From NCBI GenBank assembly GCA_963716175.1, contig OY970296.1, positions 2,048,001 to 2,112,000 on the forward strand: 64,000 bases of DNA. The letters are read 5' to 3'. Positions 39,992 through 50,143 of the stretch are shown here, piece by piece (positions within the stretch are counted from its first letter, which is position 1; each line of letters begins with the position of its first letter). The notes beneath the pieces were generated by a model. That model did not search any database. It was not told where the DNA came from and was given only the letters and a program-made list of their open reading frames with translations. The translations under genes and the position numbers were made by a program. This DNA comes from an uncultured Armatimonadetes bacterium. GTDB lineage: Bacteria; Armatimonadota; Hebobacteria; Hebobacterales; Hebobacteraceae.

Positions 39992-40429
39992 ATGGGGCCG
40001 GCACACGAGGTGGAGAGGGATCGCCCTGCCGTAGCTTGGGCGCTGCTGGTAGCACGAGTCACCGTGGGGGTGATCTTCATGGCCCACGGCTCCCAGAAGC
40101 TGTTCGGGGCGTTCGGCGGACTGGGGCTGGCGGGAGTCGTGAAGATGATGGGGCCCATTGGCTATCTCGTGACCGTGGATGAGTTCTTCGGCGGGCTCGG
40201 GCTGCTGGTCGGGGTCTTGTCCAGGTTCTCGGCCTTCTGGCTGATCGTGGATATGATCGGCGCGATCGCACTGGTTCACGGCAAGAACGGGTTCTTCCTG
40301 GGAGCGAAGCCCGGCTTCGAATACAACCTCGCGCTCATCGGCCTGCTCGCGGCCATCCTGCTCGCGGGGCCGGGAAGGTTCAGCCTGGGGCGGTGGTTGC
40401 CCCTGCCCCGCCATGTCGTCCTGGAGTAA
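39992..40429 (+). CDS. DoxX family membrane protein
   Basis: R..VG.IFMAHGSQKLFG.FGG, EFFGG, GFEY and GPGRFSL motifs. Confidence 0.9.
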   Translation: MGPAHEVERDRPAVAWALLVARVTVGVIFMAHGSQKLFGAFGGLGLAGVVKMMGPIGYLVTVDEFFGGLGLLVGVLSRFSAFWLIVDMIGAIALVHGKNGFFLGAKPGFEYNLALIGLLAAILLAGPGRFSLGRWLPLPRHVVLE

Positions 40430-40485
40430 CCGCGAGACCGGATTCGCGGAGCTGCAGATTCTGGCCCCTATTGGTCTGCTCTACC

Positions 40486-41466
40486 ATGCGATCATCTGTA
40501 CGCCGGGTCCGGATAGCCTTACTGCTACTCTCTATGCTGCTGTGCGCCGTGCTGTTCGTGTGCTACTTGTGGCGTCCGGACCGGGCGACTGCCGTCACGG
40601 TTATCCCGCCGCTGATCTGGGTTGCACCGGGCCTCAGCCTGGCCATGTTGGGCCTGGGCCGCGCACGGCTACTGGCGGTCCTGCTGTGGGTCGTATTCCT
40701 GCTTGCGTTCGCGGAGCCCTTCAGCTTCGTGCGCGGGCTGCGCGCGCCGGAGGCCGGGTTCAACGTCGCGCGGACACAGGGGAAGGCGGTGCGGGTGATC
40801 ACGATCAATGCGGCGGGGGCGGCAGAGGCGCTGGAGCAGGTGGTGCAGTATGCCCCTGACATCGTTGTAGTGCAGGAGCCACCGGCCCCTGAGCACGTGG
40901 AGGAGGTGGCGAGGAAGCTGTTCGGCCTGCAGGTGGGGGTGGTATGCGGCACCGATTGTGACATCCTGTATCGGGGCCGGCCGCCGGCCGACAAGAGGCG
41001 GCGGACGACGGCGCGAGCGCGGGTGGAGCTGGGCTCCGGGGAGGAGATCGCGGTGCTCGGCACGCACCTGGCATCGACGCGGCCCTCTTTCCACCTGTGG
41101 CGGCGCGACCGGTGGCACCGGCTGGCGCAGGACCGCCGGATGCGGCGCGAGGAGATGCGAGAGGTGGTGGGAGCCGTGGACGCGGTGCCGGCCGGCAGGC
41201 CAATCATCTTGGCCGGCGACTTCAATGCACCGGCCGGAGACGCGGTGTTCCGAATGCTTCGCCCGCGGCTGCGGGACGCGTTCGCGGAGGCCGGGCGGGG
41301 CTGGGGGAACACCTGGTCGAGCAACCTGCCACTGGTGCGGATCGACCAGGTGTGGATCAGCAGGGAGTGGCGCGCGGTGAATGTGGTAACGCATCGGGCG
41401 GGGCCGTCGGATCATCGGATGGTGCTATGCGATCTAGAGCGGAGAGAGGAGAAAGGGTGGAGGTGA
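40486..41466 (+). CDS. Membrane-anchored endonuclease/exonuclease/phosphatase family protein
   Basis: N-terminal TMs; PDIVVVQE, THL, AGDFN, RIDQV and SDH motifs. Confidence 0.85.
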   Translation: MRSSVRRVRIALLLLSMLLCAVLFVCYLWRPDRATAVTVIPPLIWVAPGLSLAMLGLGRARLLAVLLWVVFLLAFAEPFSFVRGLRAPEAGFNVARTQGKAVRVITINAAGAAEALEQVVQYAPDIVVVQEPPAPEHVEEVARKLFGLQVGVVCGTDCDILYRGRPPADKRRRTTARARVELGSGEEIAVLGTHLASTRPSFHLWRRDRWHRLAQDRRMRREEMREVVGAVDAVPAGRPIILAGDFNAPAGDAVFRMLRPRLRDAFAEAGRGWGNTWSSNLPLVRIDQVWISREWRAVNVVTHRAGPSDHRMVLCDLERREEKGWR

Positions 41467-41497
41467 TGCTGCCCAGGAGAGGTACCGTGGTGAGGTG

Positions 41498-41664
41498 GCC
41501 GACGGCCCCGGCCACCCCCGACTCCGGCTGCCCCCTCGGCTGGGAGGCATTGCCAGGGTCTCCGTCACCACCCATCGTAGACGACTCTTCCCCGACACGC
41601 GAGTCACAGCCTTCCGGTTGGCGGTGTGATGTCAGGCCGGCTTCAGGCGTGCCTGGCAGGGGCA
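41498..41664 (+). repeat. Family A repeat, L2 + core + R2
   Basis: gccgacggccccggccacccccgactccggctgccccctcggctgggag...gtgatgtcaggccggct...caggggca. Confidence 0.85.
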
Positions 41665-41687
41665 GATCGGCTCCGGTACACCACGGC

Positions 41688-42551
41688 TCAGCGCAGGCTG
41701 ATGAGCACGACGGACAGGATGCCCACTAGGATTCCCAGGCTGGCGCGTCGCCCGGGGCGCTCTTTCCAGAACAGAAACGCGCTGGCGCTGACGAGCATGA
41801 TGCTCAGGGAGCTGCACGCCGGGAACACCATCACAGCCGGCACGAACGACAGGGCCCGCAGCAGGAACACGAGGCTTCCCAGGTTTACGCACCCCAGGCA
41901 GATGCCGGCAACCCACTCCCCGACACGCGTGGGTCGGCCCGTGAACCTGACCATCGCCAGGGAGAAAGCGCCCGCTGTCCCGAACCAGATGAGCGCTAGC
42001 GCGGGCTGTTGGCCTCCGGGTGCAAGTTCGGTGATCGCCTTCTGCGCGACCCGTGTGGCCCCCGACACGAGAAAGATCCCAGGGACAACCAGATAGGCCC
42101 ACCGGGCGAAGTCTGTGGCCGCGGTTTCAGTGGGGGGTGTCAGCAGCAGCACCGCCGTCACAGAAACGACGATGCCTGCCGCCTGTGCGGCGCCCAGGTG
42201 CTCATGCCACAGCAGCACCGAGGGAACAAGCGGCACCACCATCGCGACCTGGACGGCAGCATTAGGGATGGTGATGCCACGGCGGCGCAGGGCGTAGGCC
42301 AGCAGGAAATAGGTCATGACGAACCCGATTCCGCTGACTCCCGCCAGCAGGACCATGCCAGAGGAGACCGCAACTACTTCTCTCCACGACACCAGAAGCG
42401 CTGCCGCGATAGCGGCCGCGACGTAGTTCACCGCGCCGACCGCGAGGACGGAGTACCCCCGCTCTTGGCTGAGCTTCATGATCAGCGAGAAAGCTGACGT
42501 GAAGACCACTGAGAGTGCGAGGAAGAGCATCCCGACTGACGCGTCCGACAT
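41688..42551 (-). CDS. EamA/DMT family transporter
   Basis: About 10 TM helices in two repeats; LLWHE and FWKE loops. Confidence 0.8.
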   Translation of the reverse strand: MSDASVGMLFLALSVVFTSAFSLIMKLSQERGYSVLAVGAVNYVAAAIAAALLVSWREVVAVSSGMVLLAGVSGIGFVMTYFLLAYALRRRGITIPNAAVQVAMVVPLVPSVLLWHEHLGAAQAAGIVVSVTAVLLLTPPTETAATDFARWAYLVVPGIFLVSGATRVAQKAITELAPGGQQPALALIWFGTAGAFSLAMVRFTGRPTRVGEWVAGICLGCVNLGSLVFLLRALSFVPAVMVFPACSSLSIMLVSASAFLFWKERPGRRASLGILVGILSVVLISLR

Positions 42552-42699
42552 CTGGAGACTGAAGGCTCCTGCGCCCCGTCACTTGCTGGACTCAGACGGC
42601 AGGTTCGCCGCGGGATGCGTGGCTACCTGTAGCGGACAAACCATCAGGCGAAATCCAGGTCGGTTGCCCTTTCAGGGCGATGCAGGCGAGTCCGTATGT

Positions 42700-42788
42700 C
42701 GCCGCCAACGGTTCCCCAACACGCGAGTCATGGCGTTCCGGCTGGCGGCGTGCTGTCAGGCCGGCTCCACGGGCGGTTGACAGGGGCA
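42700..42788 (+). repeat. Family A repeat, R2 arm with perfect 27-bp terminal IR
   Basis: acacgcgagtca...TCAGGCCGGCTCCACGGGCGGTTGACAggggca. Confidence 0.85.
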
Positions 42789-42828
42789 TGGGAGGCCAAG
42801 AGTGGGTAACCGTCAGACGCGGATGGCA

Positions 42829-42857
42829 TTGACACCTGCGAGGGCGGGCAGTATCAT
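42829..42857 (+). promoter_or_regulatory. Sigma70-type promoter upstream of the second DUF1559 gene
   Basis: TTGACA-N17-TATCAT. Confidence 0.7.
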
Positions 42858-42937
42858 TGACGGCATCGAAGTGGAGGGCTGTGCGCGTGTCAGTCTGCCG
42901 GGCAGTTCTGGGTGCGCGTGATGTTGCCAATGCTCCT

Positions 42938-42973
42938 AACGAGGCGTGCGAAGAGGCACGCCTCGTTTCTTTT
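42938..42973 (+). terminator. Intrinsic terminator inside the leader
   Basis: 12-bp perfect stem AACGAGGCGTGC/GCACGCCTCGTT followed by TCTTTT. Confidence 0.75.
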
Positions 42974-43134
42974 CATCTATCCCTCATAGCGTTCCAGGTG
43001 AGAACCGTCGAACGGCCTGAGAGTGCTTGCGAATGATCAGGGGGAGGCCGGAGAGGAGGTGATGGGTAAGCTAGTCCGGCGCCTCGCTGGTGTCGGTTGT
43101 GTCGCGTTGATCACCTGGTAAGGAGGCAACATCC

Positions 43135-44133
43135 ATGAGTGCTAGACGGGTGAAGGGATTCACGCTCATTGAGCTACTGGTCGTGATCGCGATCATTGCG
43201 ATCCTGGCCGCAATGCTGTTCCCGGTGTTCGCCCGCGCGCGAGAGTCGGCGCGCAAGATCCAGTGCCTCGCCAATGTCAAGAACATCGCCATGGCGATGC
43301 AGATGTACCTCACGGACTACGACCGGTTCCCGCCCGGCGAGCACCGAGCCGAGGTGGCCCAATGGTTTGAGGACCGCGGCTGCGACCTCTCACCAGGGTG
43401 CTGCACGCGCAACACGGAAGCGAACCCGTACCTGCGCTGGCCGGTGGTCCTGGACGAGTACATCAAGAACCGCGATGTCTGGCGCTGCCCCTCGGCCAAG
43501 AACGCCTGCACGGTGATGATGGTCAACCCCGGGCCCGACTGGCTCTCCGCGCTCGAGGCAGCCTCCGACCAGGGGACGGTGTGCGTCTGCGAGGGCGCTT
43601 ACCCCAAGGGCTGGGGCGGGACCGTCACCGATATCGTCAGCGACGGATGTCCTGCCTTCGCCTCCGAGGATACCGGCGCACAGGAACTCGATATCTTCAT
43701 GGGGGAGGAGGTGAGCCGAGAGAAGAAGACCGGCCAGATCAATGATCCCGCCAAGTACCTGGTGGTCGCGGAGCGAGGCGTGAAGCCCAAGTGGTGGCGC
43801 ATCGAGCAGATCGCCTACCCCGAGCTGTGCCGCATTGTGTGGGGCGAGATCGCGTCGGACCCTGGAGGCGACTGCAGCCTCAAAGACGATTGCAGAGCAG
43901 ACTATGAGGGGGTCTGCGGCATCTACTACGGGAACATCGACAAGTTCTGGACCGACCCGTCTATGCGCAAGCAGTATGCGCGCCACCTCGGCGGCAACAA
44001 CCTCGGCTTCGCCGACGGCCACGCCGTCTGGATGGATGCCGACGCCATGCTCGCCGCTGCCGGCAACTGGAGGAACCCGAATTCGGGCCTGGACGGGGTC
44101 CAATGCCAGTGTCTGCCGAACGCGTGGCAGTGA
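43135..44133 (+). CDS. Prepilin-type N-terminal cleavage/methylation, DUF1559 / H-X9-DG domain protein
   Basis: [14 protein letters not shown]...; [15 protein letters not shown]; TAAGGAGG RBS. Confidence 0.9.
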   Translation: MSARRVKGFTLIELLVVIAIIAILAAMLFPVFARARESARKIQCLANVKNIAMAMQMYLTDYDRFPPGEHRAEVAQWFEDRGCDLSPGCCTRNTEANPYLRWPVVLDEYIKNRDVWRCPSAKNACTVMMVNPGPDWLSALEAASDQGTVCVCEGAYPKGWGGTVTDIVSDGCPAFASEDTGAQELDIFMGEEVSREKKTGQINDPAKYLVVAERGVKPKWWRIEQIAYPELCRIVWGEIASDPGGDCSLKDDCRADYEGVCGIYYGNIDKFWTDPSMRKQYARHLGGNNLGFADGHAVWMDADAMLAAAGNWRNPNSGLDGVQCQCLPNAWQ

Positions 44134-44182
44134 GGCGCATGCACTAGCTACTCTGTCGGCATCCTGGTACGAAACTCTGAGT

Positions 44183-44226
44183 CGGGCGGGGCATGGAGGG
44201 CACGCTCCGCCCGGGCTGTTCTTTTT
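44183..44226 (+). terminator. Intrinsic terminator
   Basis: CGGGCGGGGC/GCTCCGCCCG stem followed by a T-rich tract. Confidence 0.6.
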
Positions 44227-44541
44227 GCCCGGCGCCGGATCATCGGCGGCCGAAGTCGTGAGAAGCCGTTCGGAGCCGAAGACAGTACGCGCCAAGGGGT
44301 GGCGGGCGGCGCGTGAGATGCGAGCGATGTGCCGGAGGCCACACCCTTGGCGATCAGGTCCGGTGTCTGGGTTGCTGCGGCTTCGGCGCCGGTGCATATC
44401 GGACCGGCGGTGGCAGCTGTCCTTTCGACGGTTCAGCTCAGGATCTCGCAGATCGCGGCCACCAGATGGCCCGCCGAGGGGGGGTAGCGAGTGGCGCCGC
44501 GGATGCGGCCGCGTCGCAAGAGTCCGTGATCGGCGGTCACT

Positions 44542-45165
44542 ATGGCCGATGATATCCGACCCGATCCGTATCTGCCGGCACTGGTGCAGGCACAGCGCAA
44601 GCTAGCCGAGCGCGGGCTGGACACGCAGCAGATCGCGCGGCTGGCCGCCATCAGCTATGACGCGCAGGCTGGAACATGGACGCTCCCGGCGCTCGGGCGC
44701 ATCTGGCGTATCAGCTGGCCATCGCTGGCGGTCTCGCTCGATGGCGCGGAGGGGCCCTTGGATGCGGCGTCTCGCGTGTCCATCATCAACTACTTGGCAT
44801 GTGCCGATGGAGTGCCCATCACAGGCGAATGGGTTCCCTGGCGAGCATTCGCCGCCGGGTCATTGACGCTGAGTGCCGAGCGTCCCGGCCATCTTCCTCC
44901 GCTGAGCGATCGCTTCGGTAACGATGTGGATGCCTTCCGCCATCGCGCCGCGCAACTGAACGGTAGGTCGGCGCAGTTCGGCGACGCGGCCTATGTGTTC
45001 GATGCCTTCCCTCGAATACCCGTGCTTGCCATCTACTCTGCGGGCGATGACGAGATTCCCCCCTCCTCTGCAATCCTGCTGGATCGTAGCGCCGACCACT
45101 ACCTGCCGGTGGAGGACCTGAGCGGAGTGATCGGCTGGGTGCAGCAATCGCTGGCAAACGGATAG
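44542..45165 (+). CDS. DUF3786 family protein
   Basis: IINYL..ADG.PITGEW, GDAAY.F.AFPRIP, GDDE and YLPVED motifs. Confidence 0.8.
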   Translation: MADDIRPDPYLPALVQAQRKLAERGLDTQQIARLAAISYDAQAGTWTLPALGRIWRISWPSLAVSLDGAEGPLDAASRVSIINYLACADGVPITGEWVPWRAFAAGSLTLSAERPGHLPPLSDRFGNDVDAFRHRAAQLNGRSAQFGDAAYVFDAFPRIPVLAIYSAGDDEIPPSSAILLDRSADHYLPVEDLSGVIGWVQQSLANG

Positions 45166-45373
45166 CGACGGCGGCGCCGCCCACAGGGGGGAGCGGACGG
45201 CGCCGGGAATGCGATCATGTCTGCCGTCACTGGATTCACGTGGTGTGGCGTACGCTTCCCACACCCCTGCTCGACACAGGTTAACTGGACCAGACTGCTG
45301 CATGAAGGGCTGCTTCCCGCTCTGGCGAACGGTTGCCTGAGAAGTGCCACAACCTGCTGAGAGGGAGCACGCC

Positions 45374-45643
45374 GTGTCAGACCATGAGGCAGCAGTGTAT
45401 GTGGCAAACCTGCCCTGGGACACGACCGAAGACGATCTGGTCTGGCTGCTCGGGCAGTTCGCAGATGTCGGGAACGCCAGGATCATCCAGGATCGAGAGA
45501 CCGGACGGTCCCGCGGCTATGCTTTCTTCGACCTGGCTGCGGTTGAGCAGGTGGCCGCTGTGTGTGCCACCTTGGATAGCTGCCGGTTCAACGGCCGCTT
45601 GCTCCAGGTGAGACCTGCGCGGGCAAAGCCAGTTCGCCAGTAG
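45374..45643 (+). CDS. RRM RNA-binding protein
   Basis: VYVANLPW (RNP2) and DRETGRSRGYAF (RNP1). Confidence 0.9.
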   Translation: MSDHEAAVYVANLPWDTTEDDLVWLLGQFADVGNARIIQDRETGRSRGYAFFDLAAVEQVAAVCATLDSCRFNGRLLQVRPARAKPVRQ

Positions 45644-45653
45644 TGCCAGATAC

Positions 45654-45858
45654 CTCCGGGCACCCCCCGACTCCGGCTAGCCCCTCGGCTTGGGGTCACT
45701 GTCCGGGGTTCCGTCGCGGATGCGGCGAGCTTGCTCCCCGGGAGAGAACGGCGCCCAGAGGCGCCGCGCAGAAGCCCTGTGTGGCAGAGTATCTGAGACT
45801 CGCAGACAAGCTTCACGGTCTGTCAGAGGTATCTCACCGCTACTTGACACCCACAGAC
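45654..45858 (+). repeat. Family A repeat, core + R3
   Basis: ccgggcaccccccgactccggctagcccctcggcttggggtcactgtccggggttccgtcgcg...ctgtcagaggtatctca...ttgacacccacagac. Confidence 0.85.
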
Positions 45859-46847
45859 CGCCCGGATCTTGCCCGCCAATCTTGCAGAATGGCGTCCATC
45901 ACTTCACTGGTGCGGAGAGCGGTCTCTCCGGTGCTGGGGCAAGGGGCGACGCCATTGAGGGCGTTCACAACCGTCTGGATCAGCGGCTGCTGAACGTGGG
46001 CTGGCGTCTCAGTCTGGTGCAAGGTGACACCGTCTCCCGTATGCAGCTCGATGGGTTCGGCGCCGAAGGTGGAGAAGCGCAGCTTCCCCCGCGAGCCGAC
46101 GATCTCATTCATGTCGGCAGAGCATCCGTCATGGGCGGTGAAGCACCAGATGCCGGCGCCTAAGACGGCGTCCGGGAAGCTCAGGGTGGCGGAGACGCAG
46201 TCCTCGGCCGGGTAGAGGCCAGCCTAGTTCACGGCCATCCCGTTCGTCTTGACAACAGGGCCGAGGAGGAAATCCAGGATGTCCAACGTGTGTGAGGCCA
46301 GATCGAGGAAGAGGCCGGCACCAGCGATGTCGGGCACCACCCGCCAGGGGAGATGCTTGGGGTCGTAAGCGTCGGGGGCGCTGCACAGGGTCACAGTCAC
46401 GAATCGAACCTGGCCGATGGCCCCCTGCTGCAGCAGCTCCTTGATCTTCAGGAAGCGTGGCAAGGCCCGGCGATAGAAGGCCACGAAGAGGGGAACCCCG
46501 GCTTCCCGGCAGGCGGCGATCATCTGCCGGCACTCATCTGCAGTACGCGCCATGGGCTTCTCCACATAGACGGGCTTGCCCGCACCCGCGGCCTGGATCG
46601 CGTAATCGGCATGGGTGGAGGGAGGCGTGGCGACGTAGACAGCATCCACTTCGGGGTCGTGGATCAGCCGACTCGCGTCGTCATACCAGCGGGGCACTCC
46701 GTGGCGTTCGGCGTAGTCCTTAGCCTTCTTACCGTCCCGGCGCATCACCGCCACTAGCTGCGAGTGCTCGGCCCTCTGAAATCCGGGGCCGCTCTTCACC
46801 TCGGTCACGTTCCCGCACCCAATGATTCCCCAGCGAATCGTCCGCAT
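45840..46847 (-). pseudogene. Gfo/Idh/MocA family oxidoreductase with an in-frame TAG at 46224-46226
   Basis: WGIIGCG, VEKPMA and DLASH motifs; the frame continues N*AGLYPAED into ORF 45840..46112. Confidence 0.8.
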
Positions 46848-47231
46848 TAGCGCTTCCTCCGACCTCTCCTATCGCACTCGCGCCAGGCGATCCTTCTCGC
46901 TTCGCCAACAGGGGCGAAGCGAGCCGATTCAGGGCGGTCAGCCGTACTACGAGACGGTTGGCAGTGCGGTGGCGCGTGGTCCAGCCGGCCAGGGCCTGCG
47001 GACTGGCACGGCGCCTGGCGGGCGGAAGGGCGCGGACGCACACGCTCGCAACTAGGCTGCCCTCTACTCCGCAGGCGAGGCAGCCAAAGGCACATCCCTC
47101 CCGGCACTGGTGGTAGCGGCTGCGGACGGGATCGCGGCGACCTTGCCCGGTGTGGGGTCCGCTGCCCGCGCTATTGGATGCCGCGCATAACGCGAGTAGC
47201 ACGCGGCCATCGCTCCCACCGCCGTCCAAAG

Positions 47232-47316
47232 GTCTCCCATGGCGGAAAGCCTGGGGCTCGCAGACAAGTCACCAAGGCTGTCAGAGGTACCTCATTGCGA
47301 TTCGGCAGCCACAGAC
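47232..47316 (+). repeat. Family A repeat, isolated R3 arm
   Basis: ctcgcagacaag...ggctgtcagaggtacctca...ccacagac matches 45799-45858. Confidence 0.7.
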
Positions 47317-47324
47317 ACTGCCAA

Positions 47325-49355
47325 TCACTTGCTCTCAAGCGTCAAGAAGACGACGGAGTGTGCGGGGATCGTGCACGTTACGCGGGGACCTGCCAGCGTG
47401 ACCGGCAGCTCTGTGATCGCGTCCTCCTTGCGCTGGAGCAGGGGCTTGCCGTCGAGGTCGTCGTTGCTCAGGAGGATGCCAGTGGCGCGGGCGGCGTCGA
47501 AGGTGCGCACGTTGAGGATGCAGGGCACGGCGCGATCCCAGGAGCCGTTGGCGACGACGAGGTAGAGCGACTTCCTGTCCTGGCGGAGGGTGACCAGCGC
47601 GGGGGTCATGGGCCCGGCATAGTCGGTGGGCCTGTCGGAGAGGCCGTCGGCCGCGGATGGGGTGTAGTATGGTGCCACGCCATCCATGTCGAGGGCCCAC
47701 TCGCCGAGATGGCGGTTAAAGTAGTAGTAAAGCCAGTAGAGCATGAAGCGCTTGTCGGGCGCGTCTGGAGAGAGGATGCCGAAGCCCTGCTCTTTGCTCC
47801 TGGAGAGCATCTCCCAACCGCTCGCGCCACGCAGGATGTGCTCGCGGGCGTAGTAGATGAGGCGCACGGCGCGGTGGAGAGTGCCGACGATGTTCGCGTT
47901 CCGATCGAACGCGTCCGCGACCTCGCCGTACGGGCCGGAGCTGATCATGCCCCACTCAGTGTCGTACTGGTAGACATCTCGACCTGGGTTGTAGGCGCGG
48001 ATGAGAGCGTTGGTGCGCAGGATCAGGTCGAGCTTCTGGTAGTTCGCGGCGAGCACGGGCACCTCGAGCGCGCGCTCTTGCAGCCGGTCGATACCGGAGT
48101 AGTAGTGGCCCACGACGAAGTCGTAGTGACCGGCGCACTGCTTCAGCACCGCGTTGCCCCAGGCCTGGCTCTCGGGGTCGACGGCGAGGCCAATCTGGGC
48201 AGAGGGCTGCACGGCGCGGATGGCGCGGCTGACCTCGATGAAGTGGTCGATGTAAGACTGCGGGGTCGGGAAGGCCGTGCCCTCCCTCATCAGGTAGGGC
48301 TCGTTGGCGATCTCCCAGTAGCGGAAGCCGTAGCCCATGTTCACGGAGTGGCGGACGCCTCGCGCCCACCGCTCGGGCGGGAGCTTACTGGTCGCGCCCT
48401 GGGTCTCGAACTCGAGCACGACGTGGTCCAGAGGCACGCCGACGCGGCGGCAGACTTCGGCGGCTCTGTCGATGGACTCCTCGACCGGGAACGGCTCATC
48501 GCCGACGGCGTAGAAGCGAGTCATGGGGAGGTGGAGGTCGCGGATCGCCTGCTCCAGCTCGGGCGCGAGGGTGTAGTCCCCCTTCTTGTCGTACGGCTGG
48601 CCGGTCCATCCGCAGACGCGGTGGAATGAGATGCCGCCGGCATCCTGGGTGGCGTGACGCAGGGGCTTGCCAGCATCCACCGTGATTTCCAGGATGTCGC
48701 CGGGGCGCAATCGGTGCTGGAGCGGCGGGTACTTCAGTGCGGACTCATCTGCGAGGCGATCCTTCCGTGTGCTGGGCTCTTCGGTGACGACGATGTCGTC
48801 AACCCAGAGGGTGCGCTCGGCCCGTTGGTCACGCGTGGCGTAGAACGCGAGCAAGAGATAGCGGCTCCGGTCGGCGAAGAAGTCCCAGCCCTCATGGAGG
48901 GTGAATCGGAAATGCTTCCATCGCTCATCTGCGGCGATGACGAAGTGGCCGGGGGACGCCGCGTCGATGAACGGGTGGATACTGGAGTAGGCCTCGAGAC
49001 CGAAGTCCGACATCCCAGGCTGGTCCGCTCTGGCCCAGAAGGAAACAGTGTACATCATGCTCCTGCGGGGGCGGATGGCGTGCTCGGGTGATGAGACGGT
49101 GTAGCCCTTGGTGCCAGCGGGATGATGGATGCGGAAGCAGGCCCTGCCGCGGTGGGGGTTGACGGTATCGAGGGTGTAGTTGCCCGGGATCTTGTACTGC
49201 CTCGCGCCCCACATGGCCCAGCCCAGCGGCGGCGCTTCCGGGGATGGGATCTCGAAATCACCATTGTAGACGAGGTTCTGCGCGCAGTGGGCGGAGGTCC
49301 CGAGAACGAGGAGCAACAGACTAGCTGCCACAGCAGCAATGAGTCTCGAGTGCAT
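47325..49355 (-). CDS. Secreted clan GH-A glycoside hydrolase (GH39/51/79-like) with N-terminal CBM4/9-like domain
   Basis: Signal peptide, NLVYNGDFE, YWEIANEP, HYY, DTEW and C-terminal PAHSV. Confidence 0.75.
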   Translation of the reverse strand: MHSRLIAAVAASLLLLVLGTSAHCAQNLVYNGDFEIPSPEAPPLGWAMWGARQYKIPGNYTLDTVNPHRGRACFRIHHPAGTKGYTVSSPEHAIRPRRSMMYTVSFWARADQPGMSDFGLEAYSSIHPFIDAASPGHFVIAADERWKHFRFTLHEGWDFFADRSRYLLLAFYATRDQRAERTLWVDDIVVTEEPSTRKDRLADESALKYPPLQHRLRPGDILEITVDAGKPLRHATQDAGGISFHRVCGWTGQPYDKKGDYTLAPELEQAIRDLHLPMTRFYAVGDEPFPVEESIDRAAEVCRRVGVPLDHVVLEFETQGATSKLPPERWARGVRHSVNMGYGFRYWEIANEPYLMREGTAFPTPQSYIDHFIEVSRAIRAVQPSAQIGLAVDPESQAWGNAVLKQCAGHYDFVVGHYYSGIDRLQERALEVPVLAANYQKLDLILRTNALIRAYNPGRDVYQYDTEWGMISSGPYGEVADAFDRNANIVGTLHRAVRLIYYAREHILRGASGWEMLSRSKEQGFGILSPDAPDKRFMLYWLYYYFNRHLGEWALDMDGVAPYYTPSAADGLSDRPTDYAGPMTPALVTLRQDRKSLYLVVANGSWDRAVPCILNVRTFDAARATGILLSNDDLDGKPLLQRKEDAITELPVTLAGPRVTCTIPAHSVVFLTLESK

Positions 49356-49364
49356 GGCTTCCCT

Positions 49365-49814
49365 CTACCGGGTCACGTTTCGGTGCGGGGCCCCGTCATC
49401 CTTGGCGCGGGAGGGCCCGCCGCGCGAGCCGCGGTCATGGGCCTTGATGCCGGACTCCATCGCCGGGGCGCCGGCCTCGTGAGCACCCACGTCCAGGGCC
49501 TTCCCGGAGAAGTCATCATTGAAGCTGGGAATCCGGACACCGGCGTCGTAGCCGGGGCTGCCGCGGGCTAGCCAGAACCGGCCCGGGCCATTCCCGGAGT
49601 CACTGCCGGGCTTACGCTTGATGCCGTGGACCTCCTGGGCGCCGGAGGCCCTGATGTCGCCGCTGAGGAGGTCATAGTCCAAGTCATTGGCGAGGCTGGT
49701 GGTTCTGTCGCCGATGCTCTCAGAAGAATCCGACTTGACGTGGAGGATATTGTTCCTGAAGGTGATGCTGAAGACCTCGCCGCCATAGCTGGAGAGGCCG
49801 ATTTTGCACCCGAG
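49365..49814 (-). pseudogene. C-terminal fragment of a beta-helix protein
   Basis: FRNNIL, DYDL, F.LA.GSPGYDAG.RIP.FND and DVGAHE motifs; 5' end cut at an L1 repeat terminus. Confidence 0.6.
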
Positions 49815-50088
49815 TGTCCGTGTCAACCACCCGTGAAGCCGGCCTGGGCGCACCCCCGGCTCCGGCTACCCCCTCGGCTGGTGTCACTGTCCGGGGTTCC
49901 GTCGCGTATGAGACGTGACCAACTAGGGCACGGCAGGGGCTGAGTGCTGGAGGCCCCGACCAGTCCAACCCCGCTCACCATCCCCGCCCATCCTCGCCGC
50001 CTCCCAGTACAGGAGTCCCAGCGAGCGCCGAGAACACCTCGATTGGGGCTGCAGGAGCCTCCCGGGGGGCAGATGAGTATCTGGACAG
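49815..50088 (+). repeat. Family A repeat, L1 + core + R1
   Basis: tgtccgtgtcaaccacccgtgaagccggcctg...cagatgagtatctggacag. Confidence 0.9.
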
Positions 50089-50143
50089 GGCACCATCGCC
50101 GAACTGGAAAAGGCGCTTGTGTGCCTGAGAGGAGACCGCAATC

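Noticed and set aside
42777-42782. Repeat termini (TTGACA/TGGACA) as outward -35 boxes forming hybrid promoters
   Set aside because: No correctly spaced -10 was found after the ends I checked (19917, 31587, 42782, 51712).
46850-47230. Small ORFs between the oxidoreductase and the glycosidase
   Set aside because: Low-complexity translations without RBS or motifs, partly overlapping a repeat arm.
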